The position numbers were made by a program, and so were the translations under genes. Under the pieces are notes generated by a model that had not been told where the DNA came from, ran no database searches, and saw nothing but the letters and a program-made list of their open reading frames with translations. Shown one piece after another: positions 9,035-19,075 of a stretch of 43,218 nucleotides of DNA; the first letter of the stretch is position 1, and every line of letters begins with the position of its first letter. The stretch lies in the sequence record SRR20825010_1557. One strand, given 5' to 3'.

Positions 9035-9589
9035 TTACTTCTTCTTTTCCCAGGCAAACTTCTGGAATGGCTCATCAACCGGCGTTTCCGCAATGTGGTT
9101 GATGTAGTTGCTCATGACTTTCTGGGACAGCACCAGGATCACTTCCAGTACCTGACGATGCTTATAGCCAGCACCATAGAACGCATCCAGTTCTTCCTTA
9201 CCGACATTACCTTTCTTGTGCATGACAGCCAGCGTGAACGTCCTCAGGGCTTCAAGCTTGTCACTGGGCAGTGGCGTCTCGTCGCGCAGCGCGTTGATGA
9301 TGTCGTCCGACACTTCCATCATCTTGGCGATTCCGGTGTGCGCCGGCACGCAGTAATGGCAGGCGTTCTCTACGTTAATGGTCTGCCAGACAACGGTTTT
9401 CTCATCATTGTCAAAACTGCTTTCCAGCACCAACCGGTGCAAGGTCTGATAACCCTCAAGAGTTCCTGGTGCTTCTGCCATGATCCCGTGCAAACTGGGA
9501 ATCATGCCAAAGCCCTTGACTGAATTTTCCAGAAGCGGTTTTGATTTTTCGGGCGCCGATTTGACATCGTGGATGGTGAAATCCGTCAT
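9035..9589 (-). CDS. Carboxymuconolactone decarboxylase / AhpD-like protein
   Basis: Motif ENACHYCVPAH (CxxC...H); divergent from a TetR gene. Confidence 0.85.
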   Translation of the reverse strand: MTDFTIHDVKSAPEKSKPLLENSVKGFGMIPSLHGIMAEAPGTLEGYQTLHRLVLESSFDNDEKTVVWQTINVENACHYCVPAHTGIAKMMEVSDDIINALRDETPLPSDKLEALRTFTLAVMHKKGNVGKEELDAFYGAGYKHRQVLEVILVLSQKVMSNYINHIAETPVDEPFQKFAWEKKK

Positions 9590-9611
9590 AACACTCTCCT
9601 TTCGGTTAATA

Positions 9612-9666
9612 TTGAGCGTTCATTCAATTACAAACCCACGGTAACTGTTTTTGAGCGATCACTCAA
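9612..9666. promoter_or_regulatory. Two copies of a palindromic TetR-type operator: TTGAGCGTTCATTCAA (9612-9627) and TTGAGCGATCACTCAA (9651-9666)
   Basis: Two 16-bp imperfect palindromes identical at 14/16 positions, in the divergent ahpD-like/tetR intergenic region. Confidence 0.75.
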
Positions 9667-9711
9667 GCTATCATTACGAGGAATTAAATCACCCGTCGTT
9701 GGCAGGTACCC

Positions 9712-10317
9712 ATGGCCAGAAACGCTCGTTACGATCGACAAATCGCGCTAGACAAAGCAATGAACCTGTTTTGGGAGCGGGGCTATGCCGGCGCTTCCAT
9801 GAAGCAGATTGAGCAGGCTCTGGACATGCGCCCTGGCAGCATTTATGCAACCTTTGGCAGCAAGGATGGACTGTTCAGCGAAGCGCTGGCTGCCTATGCA
9901 CAGAGAAGCGGGCTGGAACTGCGCGAGCACTTGGCTGGAAGTCCGTCGGTGATGGACGGGCTGCAAGAGCACCTTCGTTGCATCGCACGACAGGCCAGCC
10001 CCGGCGGCGAGTCGCCATCCCGCGCCTGCATGGTCGTTAAAACCCTGCTCGAAGCCAGTAACACCAATACAGCCATTGCAAACCAGGCGAACTCGATCCT
10101 GAGCGCTATTGAGCAGGCCCTGACTGAACTTCTGGAGCAGGCGAAACGCCAGGGCGAGCTGGCACCAGGAACCCATTGTGCCCGGCTGGCAAGACTGCTT
10201 CAGGCACAGATCATTGGCCTCCGGTCTTTTGCCCAGCGGGAGATCAGCCCTGAGCAGGTCGCGGAGCTTGCCGAAGACATGGCCGCCATGCTCGATCACT
10301 ATCGTGCCCGCCACTAG
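9712..10317 (+). CDS. TetR/AcrR-family transcriptional regulator (NemR/ComR-like)
   Basis: HTH region AMNLFWERGYAGASM...GSIYATFGSKDGLF; later ACMVVKT. Confidence 0.92.
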   Translation: MARNARYDRQIALDKAMNLFWERGYAGASMKQIEQALDMRPGSIYATFGSKDGLFSEALAAYAQRSGLELREHLAGSPSVMDGLQEHLRCIARQASPGGESPSRACMVVKTLLEASNTNTAIANQANSILSAIEQALTELLEQAKRQGELAPGTHCARLARLLQAQIIGLRSFAQREISPEQVAELAEDMAAMLDHYRARH

Positions 10318-10419
10318 ACCCCGCCCGCTCAGGGCCTGCCCCGGATATAGGTACTAACGGCGAATTGTCCCTGTCACAACAGTGCGTTAGCATTACCGCT
10401 CTGTGTCGTTGCCTTCCCC

Positions 10420-10481
10420 AGTGAGGACAGCCAAGGGTTTTTGACGAGAGTTCTTGGCTATCTTCACTTCAGGAACCCTTG
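10420..10481 (+). promoter_or_regulatory. Structured 5' leader of ndh: long G-U-rich hairpin plus an alternative SD-sequestering helix
   Basis: 10420-10442 pairs with 10446-10468 (about 22 bp, one mismatch). Alternatively 10432-10444 pairs with 10469-10481, covering the AGGA SD. Confidence 0.55.
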
Positions 10482-10483
10482 TC

Positions 10484-11794
10484 ATGGATAATCTGCATCA
10501 CATCGTCGTCGTAGGCGGCGGCGCGGGCGGTCTTGAGCTGGCCACCCGCCTCGGTAACAAACTCGGAAAGAAACGCAAAGCCCGTATCACCCTGGTCGAC
10601 GCCGGCCTGACCCACGTCTGGAAACCCCTGCTTCACGAAGTGGCCTCCGGCTCGCTTGATGCCAACGCCAACGAAATCAACTACCGGGCCCACGCACGCA
10701 AGCATCACTATGAATTCCAGCTCGGGCGCATGAACGGCCTGGATCACAACGCCAGGGAAGTGATCATCGCGCCATTCCACGATGAGGACGGCGGCGAAGT
10801 CGTGCCGGAACGCCGCATCGGTTATGACACCCTGGTGATTGCCGTGGGCAGTACAGCGAACGACTTCGGAACCCCCGGCGCCCAGGATCATTGCCTGTTC
10901 CTGGACAGCCTCAACCAGGCCCGGCGTTTCCACAACCTGATGCTTAACGCATTTTTGCGTAAGAACCACGATGCCCAATCCGGCAATGGCCATGAACTGC
11001 CCATCACCATCATTGGCGCCGGCGCAACCGGCGTTGAACTGGCAGCGGAACTGCGACTGGCTTCCAGGGAACTGCCCATATACGGTATGAATCACCTGCG
11101 GCCGGAGGACGTATCCATTACCGTTGTCGAAGCCGCTGACCGCATTCTGCCGGCGCTGCCGGCCCGGCTCTCCGAGGCCGCAACCCGCGAACTGGATCAC
11201 CAGAATGTCAGGGTGATGACTGGCGAGCCCGTCAGCGAAGTCCGCGATGGCGTGGTGGTGCTCAAAGACGGCACGGAAATCGCCTCGGAGATGACCATCT
11301 GGGCCGCCGGCATCAAGGCGCCTGCGTTCCTGGCAACACTGGACGGCCTGGAAACGAACCGTGGCAACCAGATCAAGGTGAAGCAAACCCTGGAGGCCAC
11401 CACGGCTCCGGACATCTTTGCCTTTGGCGATTGCGCCGAGTGCCCCCAGCCCCAGTCAGAACGGCCCGTACCACCGCGTGCTCAATCCGCGCACCAGCAG
11501 GCGGACACTCTTTTCAAGACCCTGTGTCATCGACTGGAAGGCCGTGAGGCGGTTCCGTTTGTCTACAACGACCATGGTTCGCTGATCAATTTCAGCCGCT
11601 ACACCACCGTGGGGAACCTGATGGGGAATCTCTCCGGTCGCAGTATGTACATCGAGGGCAAAGTCGCGCGCCTGTTTTACCTGTCGCTCTACCGCATGCA
11701 CCAGGTCGCGCTGCACGGCGTCGTTCGAACCGGAATCATCTGGTTGATGGACCGGATAAGCCGGGCCATGCACCCGCGCCTGAAACTGCACTGA
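10484..11794 (+). CDS. ndh: Type II NADH dehydrogenase
   Basis: Motifs IVVVGGGAGG, WKPLLHEVASG, IIGAGATGVELAAEL, FAFGDCA, VPPRAQSAHQQA and C-terminal PRLKLH; ATG at 10484 follows an AGGA SD. Confidence 0.93.
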   Translation: MDNLHHIVVVGGGAGGLELATRLGNKLGKKRKARITLVDAGLTHVWKPLLHEVASGSLDANANEINYRAHARKHHYEFQLGRMNGLDHNAREVIIAPFHDEDGGEVVPERRIGYDTLVIAVGSTANDFGTPGAQDHCLFLDSLNQARRFHNLMLNAFLRKNHDAQSGNGHELPITIIGAGATGVELAAELRLASRELPIYGMNHLRPEDVSITVVEAADRILPALPARLSEAATRELDHQNVRVMTGEPVSEVRDGVVVLKDGTEIASEMTIWAAGIKAPAFLATLDGLETNRGNQIKVKQTLEATTAPDIFAFGDCAECPQPQSERPVPPRAQSAHQQADTLFKTLCHRLEGREAVPFVYNDHGSLINFSRYTTVGNLMGNLSGRSMYIEGKVARLFYLSLYRMHQVALHGVVRTGIIWLMDRISRAMHPRLKLH

Positions 11795-11845
11795 TCCGCT
11801 CGTGACCCTGCTATCATCGAGACATATTCCCAGGCCGGAGCAGGA

Positions 11846-13561
11846 ATGGATCCGCTAGTTACTCTGATCGGCGCTCTGATGCTGGTCATCAGCATCATGC
11901 TCAGCCCGCTGTCCAGCAGGCTGGGCATGCCGGTACTGCTGATTTTTCTCGTGGTCGGCATGATCATGGGGGAAGACGGTCCCGGTGGCATCCTCTTCGA
12001 CGACTTCGAGCTGGCGTTCCTGATTGCCAACCTGGCGCTCGGCGTGATCCTGCTGGATGGCGGCATGCGCACCCGGGCAGAAACCTTTCGTGTCGGTCTC
12101 CGCCCGGCATTGGTACTCGCTTCCGTTGGCGTATTCCTGACCGCCTCCGGGGCCGGCCTGGTGGCCTGGTGGGTGTTTGACATGCACTGGCTGACAGCAC
12201 TGCTGATTGGCGCCATTATCTCCTCCACCGATGCAGCGGCAGTGTTTTCACTGCTTCAGGGGCGCGGCCTTCATTTGAACGAACGGGTCAGTGCAACCCT
12301 GGAAATCGAGTCCGGCAGCAACGACCCGATGGCGATTTTCCTGACCCTGATGCTGGTCACCATGATTGAGGCAGGCGGAACATCCGAAGGCTGGATGGCG
12401 ATGATGATGCTGGTGAAGCAATTCGGCATTGGCGGTGCGGTAGGCGTCGCCGGCGGTTTTATCGTAGTGGAACTGGCCAACCGGGTTCGGCTGACCCCGT
12501 CGCTATACCCTTTGCTGGTGGTGGCCGCCGGCATCATGGTGTTCTCCGGCACCAACGCGCTCGGAGGTAGCGGTTTCCTGGCGATCTATCTGGCCGGTGT
12601 GGTGGTTGGCAACCGCCCGGTTCGAATGATGCCGATGATTCTCCAGGTTCACGATGGCCTGGCCTGGCTGGCCCAGCTATGCCTGTTCCTGATGCTGGGG
12701 TTGTTGGTCACGCCCTCGGAACTGTTGCCTCTCGCCGGGGGCGGTCTGATCCTGGCGCTGGCGCTGATTTTCCTGATCCGGCCGCTGACGGTGATGGCGA
12801 CACTCTGGCCTTTCGGTTTTAATCGACGCGAGCTGGGCTTTATCAGCTGGGTTGGTTTGCGAGGCGCCGTGCCCATTGTGCTGGCGTTATTCCCGATCAT
12901 CGCCGGGCTGCCGGAGGCGCAGCTCATCTTCCATGTTGCCTTCTTCATCGTACTGGTGTCGCTGGTGGTCCAGGGGACCACCATGGCGCCACTGGCCAGG
13001 AAGCTGCGACTGGAAGTCCCCGCAGGTGAAGATCCCTACCGCCGCCTGCCCCTCGATGTCCCGGCCGCCGGGGACCACGAACTGATGCTGTTCCCGCTCC
13101 GGGGCGGTGCCTGGGAGTCACCCAGGCCCCTGGGCCAGCTCCGTTTACCGGACAACACGGCCATCGCTGGCGTTTTCCGCAAACGGACGTGTTATCAGCC
13201 CAGCCCGGATATGGAAGTCGCCAGCGGCGATGTACTGGCAATGTTTGCAACGCCAGCGATGCTGTCCGAGCTGGGCAAAGCCCTCAGCGGTCGCCATGCA
13301 CCCAAATACCTCGCCGAGCGCGCCTTCTTTGGCGACTTCGTGCTCAATGGTGATGCTCTGCTGGGGGATGTGGAGCAGGTCTACGGCATCGAGTTTGACC
13401 AGCTGCCCCCAGAATTGTCCCTGGCGGAGTGCTTTGCGCGGCGCACCAAAGGGCATCCGGTGGTGGGCGACAAGGTGGTACTGGGCCCCGTTACCCTGGT
13501 CGCAAGGGCAACCGAGGCCGACCGGGTGACGAAGGTAGGCCTGAAAATGGACAACCAATAA
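11846..13561 (+). CDS. cvrA: K+/H+ antiporter (CvrA/NhaP2 family)
   Basis: CPA1 motifs SSTDAAAVF, LEIESGSNDPMA and WVGLRGAVPIVLA; C-terminal soluble domains including FFGDFVL. Confidence 0.9.
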   Translation: MDPLVTLIGALMLVISIMLSPLSSRLGMPVLLIFLVVGMIMGEDGPGGILFDDFELAFLIANLALGVILLDGGMRTRAETFRVGLRPALVLASVGVFLTASGAGLVAWWVFDMHWLTALLIGAIISSTDAAAVFSLLQGRGLHLNERVSATLEIESGSNDPMAIFLTLMLVTMIEAGGTSEGWMAMMMLVKQFGIGGAVGVAGGFIVVELANRVRLTPSLYPLLVVAAGIMVFSGTNALGGSGFLAIYLAGVVVGNRPVRMMPMILQVHDGLAWLAQLCLFLMLGLLVTPSELLPLAGGGLILALALIFLIRPLTVMATLWPFGFNRRELGFISWVGLRGAVPIVLALFPIIAGLPEAQLIFHVAFFIVLVSLVVQGTTMAPLARKLRLEVPAGEDPYRRLPLDVPAAGDHELMLFPLRGGAWESPRPLGQLRLPDNTAIAGVFRKRTCYQPSPDMEVASGDVLAMFATPAMLSELGKALSGRHAPKYLAERAFFGDFVLNGDALLGDVEQVYGIEFDQLPPELSLAECFARRTKGHPVVGDKVVLGPVTLVARATEADRVTKVGLKMDNQ

Positions 13562-13649
13562 AAATCTTTAACAAAAACACTCAAAACCCTGGTTCGATTA
13601 ACAAAAGTCCTGTGCTATAAAGTGTACAAAGATTAATCATTGACTCCTT

Positions 13650-14225
13650 ATGCTACTGAAAATGTCGATTTCACTCTCCGGCACCGGCCGGTCCTCAGTT
13701 GCCATTGCCAGCTTTCTGGCCTTTGCTTTCTCGTTGTTGCTGGCGCCCCTATCCCCGCTATCGGCATCGGAGCTGCCGATGGGTGCCATGGATGAAACGC
13801 CGGAAGTCAGCGAGGTTCTGGTTCGCAAGGAAGAGCGCAGGCTTTACCTGCTGTCCGGTGACCAGGTGGTGCGCAGCTACCGTATCGGGCTGGGCGACAA
13901 CCCCTCGGGGCACAAGCTCTACGAAGGGGATAAGCGCACCCCCGAAGGTAAATATGTGCTGGATTGGCGTAACTCCAACAGCGATTTCTACAAATCCATC
14001 CACATTTCCTATCCCAATGCTGAAGACCGCGAGCAGGCTTCTGCCTGGGGGCTCGATCCCGGCGGTAGCATCATGATTCATGGTTTGCCAAACGAAGCCG
14101 GTGATATGGCATTCGCTTTCCTCGGATTGGACTGGACCGATGGTTGCATCGCCGTCAGTAACGAGGAAATGGACGAAATCTGGCAATTGGTGGCTGATGG
14201 TACGCCAATACGGATTGTCCCCTGA
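13650..14225 (+). CDS. L,D-transpeptidase (YkuD) family protein, YafK/DpaA-like; start uncertain
   Basis: Motifs KLYEGDKRTPEG, SIHISYPN and IMIHG...DWTDGCIAV (His/Cys catalytic motif); hydrophobic N-terminus. Confidence 0.85.
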   Translation: MLLKMSISLSGTGRSSVAIASFLAFAFSLLLAPLSPLSASELPMGAMDETPEVSEVLVRKEERRLYLLSGDQVVRSYRIGLGDNPSGHKLYEGDKRTPEGKYVLDWRNSNSDFYKSIHISYPNAEDREQASAWGLDPGGSIMIHGLPNEAGDMAFAFLGLDWTDGCIAVSNEEMDEIWQLVADGTPIRIVP

Positions 14226-14448
14226 CACTGATCCAATCCCCGCTTCATGCGTAGATTCTTGCTGCAATATTAAGTTGTTGTCATAACCTAGGAACTTTTA
14301 CGTATCCTTAGTTAACATTTCTGTCTAGACTGATTTACACTGTTTGACGATGTCGTTGGCCAAACGCTAACGACCCCGTTTTGACAGAATGTCTGCACCA
14401 ACGACTTCTGGAACGCAGGAAATAAAACGACCAATAAGGGGATATACA

Positions 14449-14730
14449 ATGCGTAAACTGACGATCGCAGGGTTTGCACTGGCCACCGCACTGACCGCAG
14501 GTTGTGCGACAACCGACCAGGGCGCTCTCGACGAAGCAAATGCAACCGCTTCTTCCGCCGAGCAAACCGCTGAAAATGCACTGAACACCGCTAACAGCGC
14601 TTCCAGCGCTGCACGCTCCGCTCAGCGCACTGCTGACGAAGCACTGGCTGCCGCCAAGGCTGCCCAGAAGGCTGCTAACGAAGCCAACGAGCGCGCCAAG
14701 CGTATGCTCGAGCGTGCCAGCCAGAAGTAA
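14449..14730 (+). CDS. oprI: OprI/Lpp-family alanine-zipper outer-membrane lipoprotein
   Basis: Lipobox LTAGC, alanine-rich coiled coil, C-terminus ANEANERAKRMLERASQK ending in Lys; SD AAGGGG upstream. Confidence 0.85.
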   Translation: MRKLTIAGFALATALTAGCATTDQGALDEANATASSAEQTAENALNTANSASSAARSAQRTADEALAAAKAAQKAANEANERAKRMLERASQK

Positions 14731-14741
14731 GGCTGTTACGT

Positions 14742-14774
14742 AAAAAAAGGCCGGGATTCGTCCCGGCCTTTTTT
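14742..14774. terminator. Bidirectional intrinsic terminator
   Basis: AAAAAAAGGCCGGGA-TTCG-TCCCGGCCTTTTTT perfect hairpin between convergent genes. Confidence 0.92.
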
Positions 14775-14795
14775 GTGGGCGCCTGGTAGCACTCA

Positions 14796-15590
14796 TCAGG
14801 ATTCGTCGTTATCGCTCTTCGGCTTCTGTGGTGAGGGCGTTTTGCTCATAAAGGCAGACATCATTTCCATCGGCAGCGGGAACACAATCGTGGAACTGTT
14901 GTTGGTGCTCATATCCGCCAGGGTTTGCATGTAGCGCAGCTGCATTGCTCCAGAGTTGGCGGACATAACTTCGGCCGCTTCAACCAGCTTTTTCGATGCC
15001 TGCAATTCACCCTCCGCGTGAATCACCTTGGCACGACGCTCCCGCTCTGCCTCCGCCTGACGGGCAATGGCACGAATCATCGACTCATTCAGGTCCACGT
15101 GCTTGATTTCAACGTTGGCGACCTTGATGCCCCATTCCTCGGTCTGGGCGTCGATAATACTCTGGATATCCGAATTCAGCTTGTCACGCTCTGAGAGCAT
15201 TTCATCGAGATCATGCTTACCCAGTACCGAACGCAACGTCGTCTGGGCCAGTTGACTGGTAGCAGAGCCGAAATCCTCGACCCGTATAATCGCACGCTCA
15301 GGGTCGACCACCCGGAAATACAGCACGGCATTGACCCGCACGGTCACGTTGTCTTTCGAGATAACGTCCTGGCTTGGCACGTCCAACGCAATAACACGCA
15401 AATCCACGCGGGTTATCTGTTGGATACCTGGGATTACGATGATCAGGCCAGGCCCTTTGACACCCTGAAAGCGCCCCAGGAAGAAAACCACGCCACGCTC
15501 GTATTCCGGCAGAATCTTGATCGCCGACCCAAGAATCAGCAGGAGCACCACCGTGGGTGCGATATAGGGAATCAGGTCTGTGATGTTCAT
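14796..15590 (-). CDS. SPFH/stomatin (slipin) family protein
   Basis: Motifs [32 protein letters not shown] and [11 protein letters not shown]. Confidence 0.93.
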   Translation of the reverse strand: MNITDLIPYIAPTVVLLLILGSAIKILPEYERGVVFFLGRFQGVKGPGLIIVIPGIQQITRVDLRVIALDVPSQDVISKDNVTVRVNAVLYFRVVDPERAIIRVEDFGSATSQLAQTTLRSVLGKHDLDEMLSERDKLNSDIQSIIDAQTEEWGIKVANVEIKHVDLNESMIRAIARQAEAERERRAKVIHAEGELQASKKLVEAAEVMSANSGAMQLRYMQTLADMSTNNSSTIVFPLPMEMMSAFMSKTPSPQKPKSDNDES

Positions 15591-15648
15591 AAGGCCTCCT
15601 TCGTTGGCTTGATCGCCGGGTAACCTGTCAACATTCTCCAGGCCGGCG

Positions 15649-17124
15649 TCAGGGTTCCGCTTTGTCGGCTTCGACGTACACCGTCAAACCTTCCAATGCA
15701 GTCACCCTCAGCTTGTCACCGTTGCCTACTGGGGATTTGCAGGCGGCATTCCAGCGTTCACCGCTCATGCGCACGTGCCCCCTGAAATACCCGTCGTCTT
15801 CCTGAAAGTCATCAAGTGCGGTCACTCTCTCGTGGACAATCTGTTCGCTTCCGCTGACCGGGTGCTTCCGGCGCAAGCCGATGAACTTGATGACGGTCCA
15901 GAGGATAAAGCCGGCCGCGACCAGTGCCGTGCCACCGATAGTGGGCAGTGAAATCTCCTGATGGCTGCCGTCCATCAGTATGATGGAACCGGCTACAAAC
16001 GCGACAATCCCCCCTATGCCCAGTATGCCGAAGCTGGGCATAAAGGCCTCGCCGACAATGAAGGCAAGCCCCAACAGAATCAGCGCCAGGCCCGCGTAAT
16101 TGACGGACAGCACCTGGAAGGCAAACAGTGCGAGGATCAGGCAGATAGCGCCAATCACACCCGGGAATATCGCCCCGGGGTTGGATAATTCGAAGATAAT
16201 GCCGTAGAAGCCGATGATCATCAGGAAGTAAGCGACATTCGGATTGGTGATCACCGATAGCAGTCGCGTGCGCCAGTCCGGGTCTGCTCGCGTCAATTCA
16301 ATGTTCGCGGTGGCCAGCGTTTTCTCGCCATTGGCCATTTTCACGGTGCGCCCGTCGATCTGCTGCATCAGGCTGTCCATGTTGTCAGCCACCACATCGA
16401 CCACGTTCTGCGCCAGCGCTTCTTTGGCGCCCAGGTTGACGGCTTCGCGCACTGCCTGCTCCGCCCAGTCGGCGTTGCGGCCATGTCGCTCCGCCAGGCC
16501 ACGGATGTAGCTGACGGCATCTTCCAGAACCTTACGCTCCATGGCCGTGCCGCCTCGGCGTTTATCGGAGGCGTCATCCTGCGCCGATTCCTCGTTTCCG
16601 GCGCTTTCCTTGTCATCGGGATTGGCATCCCCGGCGTCTTCGGCAGGCTTCTGTTCCTCGGAACCGGGCAGCCCGCCCATCTGGACCGGCGTGGCCGAAC
16701 CCAGGTGGGTGGCCCCTGCCATGGCCGCCACGTGACTGCCATAGAGAATGTAGGTGCCGGCGCTGGCGGCACGCGCCCCTGCCGGCGACACCCAGGTCAC
16801 CACGGGTACCTCTGAAGAAAGGATTTCCTTGATGATACCGCGCATGGATTCCATCAGACCGCCAGGGGTATCCATCCGGATAACAAGCAACTCGGCACCT
16901 TCGGACTCGGCGCGGCGAATGCCACGCACCAGGTAGTCCATGGTGGCAGGGCCGATAGCCCCGTCGACGGTCAACACAAGACCTGTGGGTGACTCGTCCT
17001 GCTGGGCGATAACCGTATGAGACAGAGAGGCCAATGCCAGCACCAGGCCCAGCAGGAACACGGCCAGCCACCAGTGCAGGCGGCCGGAGGGATTGGATTG
17101 GTTGGGTCGGTTAGCGATCATCAC
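15649..17124 (-). CDS. nfeD: NfeD (long form; stomatin operon partner, ClpP-class serine protease)
   Basis: Motifs MDTPGGL and ARAASAG; TM region; C-terminal OB-fold GERWNA; upstream of stomatin. Confidence 0.9.
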   Translation of the reverse strand: MMIANRPNQSNPSGRLHWWLAVFLLGLVLALASLSHTVIAQQDESPTGLVLTVDGAIGPATMDYLVRGIRRAESEGAELLVIRMDTPGGLMESMRGIIKEILSSEVPVVTWVSPAGARAASAGTYILYGSHVAAMAGATHLGSATPVQMGGLPGSEEQKPAEDAGDANPDDKESAGNEESAQDDASDKRRGGTAMERKVLEDAVSYIRGLAERHGRNADWAEQAVREAVNLGAKEALAQNVVDVVADNMDSLMQQIDGRTVKMANGEKTLATANIELTRADPDWRTRLLSVITNPNVAYFLMIIGFYGIIFELSNPGAIFPGVIGAICLILALFAFQVLSVNYAGLALILLGLAFIVGEAFMPSFGILGIGGIVAFVAGSIILMDGSHQEISLPTIGGTALVAAGFILWTVIKFIGLRRKHPVSGSEQIVHERVTALDDFQEDDGYFRGHVRMSGERWNAACKSPVGNGDKLRVTALEGLTVYVEADKAEP

Positions 17125-17163
17125 TCCTCCCCGGATCCGTTCAGCGGATCAGAGCCTTCGGTA

Positions 17164-18231
17164 TCAGAACCAGAGGCGTTGCTTCTCACCTTTATTGCCA
17201 TCTGGGGTACTTCGCATCGGCCCGGCAGACTCATCCGCGACGCGGGTCAGACGTTCACCCACCATCCGCGGCAGGCCGTCCGCCTGGTCCACAGCCAGTT
17301 CAATGGCCATGCGCTTCACTTCCACACCGGGCATTTTCTGGCGGAAGTCTTCCACCTTTTTCTGCACTTGCTTCCACAATTGTTCACGGTCCTGCTGACT
17401 GTAGTCTTCTTCAGGGCGGTGTACCTCCAGCCAGACCTCATTACCTTTCAGGCCGATCTTCACGGGCTCATGGATAACCTGCACCGGCGTGCCCTTACTG
17501 ACTTCGTAGACAAACCGCGATATATCCTCGTTGTACATGCGGAAACAACCGTGACTGACCTGCATGCCCACTCCGAACAACTTGTTGGTACCGTGAATCA
17601 GGTACCCTTTCTCACTGAGCATCAGTGCGTGGGACCCCAGAGGATTACCCGGCCCCGGTGGAATCATCCTGGGCAGGTACTCTCCCGCAGCTTCGTATTC
17701 GGCACGGATGCTTGCAGGCGGATACCAGGCCGGCGACTCCAGTGGCATGGTCACTTCAGCGTTGGTCAGTGGCGATGGGTTGTCATCGGTGCCTACCCCC
17801 ACCGGATAGACCTGTACCTTTCCCTCAGTAAAGTAGTACAAACGGTATTCCGCCAGATTGATGATTATGCCCTCGCGCTTTACATCCGGAAGCACGTAGT
17901 GCCGGGGCACAGTTATCCGGGTGCCATCACCGGGCAGCCAGGGATCAACACCGGGGTTGGCCTTAACGAGTTCCAGATAACCAAGACTGTTCTGATTGCC
18001 AATGGCCGCAAAGGTGTCTTCATAGCGGGTGGTCATCACCGACAGCTCCCCGGCCAGATCCCCGTCAATGGAAAACCGGGGAACACGGGGCTTCTCGGGG
18101 GTGTCGCTTTTTCCTTCGGCTGTAGTCAGTTCCTGACCCCCGGCCTGCGCTTCCGTTTCGGCACCAACCACGTTGGCCGACACCAGGGCCAGCAAAACCA
18201 GCAGAAAACCTGTCAACTGCGTTCGATACAT
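17164..18231 (-). CDS. L,D-transpeptidase, ErfK/YbiS/YcfS family (LysM-like plus YkuD domain)
   Basis: Motifs ANPGVDPWLP, IIINLAEYRLYYF, PPGPGNPLG and YLIHGTN...VSHGCFRM. Confidence 0.92.
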   Translation of the reverse strand: MYRTQLTGFLLVLLALVSANVVGAETEAQAGGQELTTAEGKSDTPEKPRVPRFSIDGDLAGELSVMTTRYEDTFAAIGNQNSLGYLELVKANPGVDPWLPGDGTRITVPRHYVLPDVKREGIIINLAEYRLYYFTEGKVQVYPVGVGTDDNPSPLTNAEVTMPLESPAWYPPASIRAEYEAAGEYLPRMIPPGPGNPLGSHALMLSEKGYLIHGTNKLFGVGMQVSHGCFRMYNEDISRFVYEVSKGTPVQVIHEPVKIGLKGNEVWLEVHRPEEDYSQQDREQLWKQVQKKVEDFRQKMPGVEVKRMAIELAVDQADGLPRMVGERLTRVADESAGPMRSTPDGNKGEKQRLWF

Positions 18232-18275
18232 AGCGTCTCAATCCGATATCCGGTCTGCGGCGACAACAACGCGCT

Positions 18276-18845
18276 TCAAACCGACGTCAGGGCTGTCCAA
18301 ACGGTGGCAACAGCCAGAATCACAAATAGAAGACTGGCTCCAACTCTGGCCGTCGCCAGTGGTAACCGCTCCATCAACCATTTACCAGCCATGATAACCG
18401 GTATATTAGCTAGCAGCATACCAACGGTGGTGCCCATAATCACCCAGAAGGTGTCCGTATATCGCGCGGCCAGCACCACGGTCGCGATCTGGGTCTTGTC
18501 GCCGATCTCCGCCAGGAAGAACATCACCGTCGTGGCCATGAAGGCGCCCATGCCCAGGAACGCCGAATCGCCGTTGTCATCCTTGTCCGGAATCAACAAC
18601 CAGAGTGCAATGGCCACGAAGCTGGTAGCCAGGATCCAGGGCAACCAGGCTTGCGGAATCCACTCTGCGATCCAGGCACCCAACAGCGCTGACAAGGCAT
18701 GGTTCAGCAGGGTGGCGACAAGTATGCCAAGAATGATGGGCGCACGCTTGGCGTAACGGGCAACCAGGAAGAGAGAGAGTAGTTGGGTCTTGTCGCCGAT
18801 CTCCGCAATGGCGACCGCAAACGTTGAAGCGAGAAAAGCGTCCAT
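18276..18845 (-). CDS. TMEM165/GDT1 (UPF0016) family Mn2+/Ca2+ exporter
   Basis: Two copies of the EIGDKTQ motif; ATG at 18845 follows a GGAG SD; Mn riboswitch upstream. Confidence 0.92.
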   Translation of the reverse strand: MDAFLASTFAVAIAEIGDKTQLLSLFLVARYAKRAPIILGILVATLLNHALSALLGAWIAEWIPQAWLPWILATSFVAIALWLLIPDKDDNGDSAFLGMGAFMATTVMFFLAEIGDKTQIATVVLAARYTDTFWVIMGTTVGMLLANIPVIMAGKWLMERLPLATARVGASLLFVILAVATVWTALTSV

Positions 18846-18910
18846 GAAAAACTCCGGGGCGGACATTCAGACATGAGACAGCCCACCTTCCGCCCTGGGA
18901 GGTGAAACTG

Positions 18911-19037
18911 CCTCAGGTCTTGCCAATTTCACCAATGTACCGGTGAAACATGATAGCCACGGAGATTGAGCCCCAAGTATGTTGACTACCATCCGCCCCT
19001 GGAAACGGGTTCCGTTGCGGAGGCTACTCCCCTGAAG
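18911..19037 (-). ncRNA. yybP-ykoY Mn2+-sensing riboswitch
   Basis: Minus strand reads CUUCAGGGGAGUAGCC...GUCAACAUACUUGG...CCGUGG...UGGCAAGACCUGAGG, containing the hallmark conserved segments and a closing P1; upstream of a UPF0016 gene. Confidence 0.88.
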
Positions 19038-19075
19038 AGTGCCGAAATGTTAATCAATACCTGGGCGGATGGCAA

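Noticed and set aside
17017-18756. 579-aa plus-strand ORF
   Set aside because: Antisense to three well-supported genes (start of nfeD, the L,D-transpeptidase and GDT1); composition is not protein-like.
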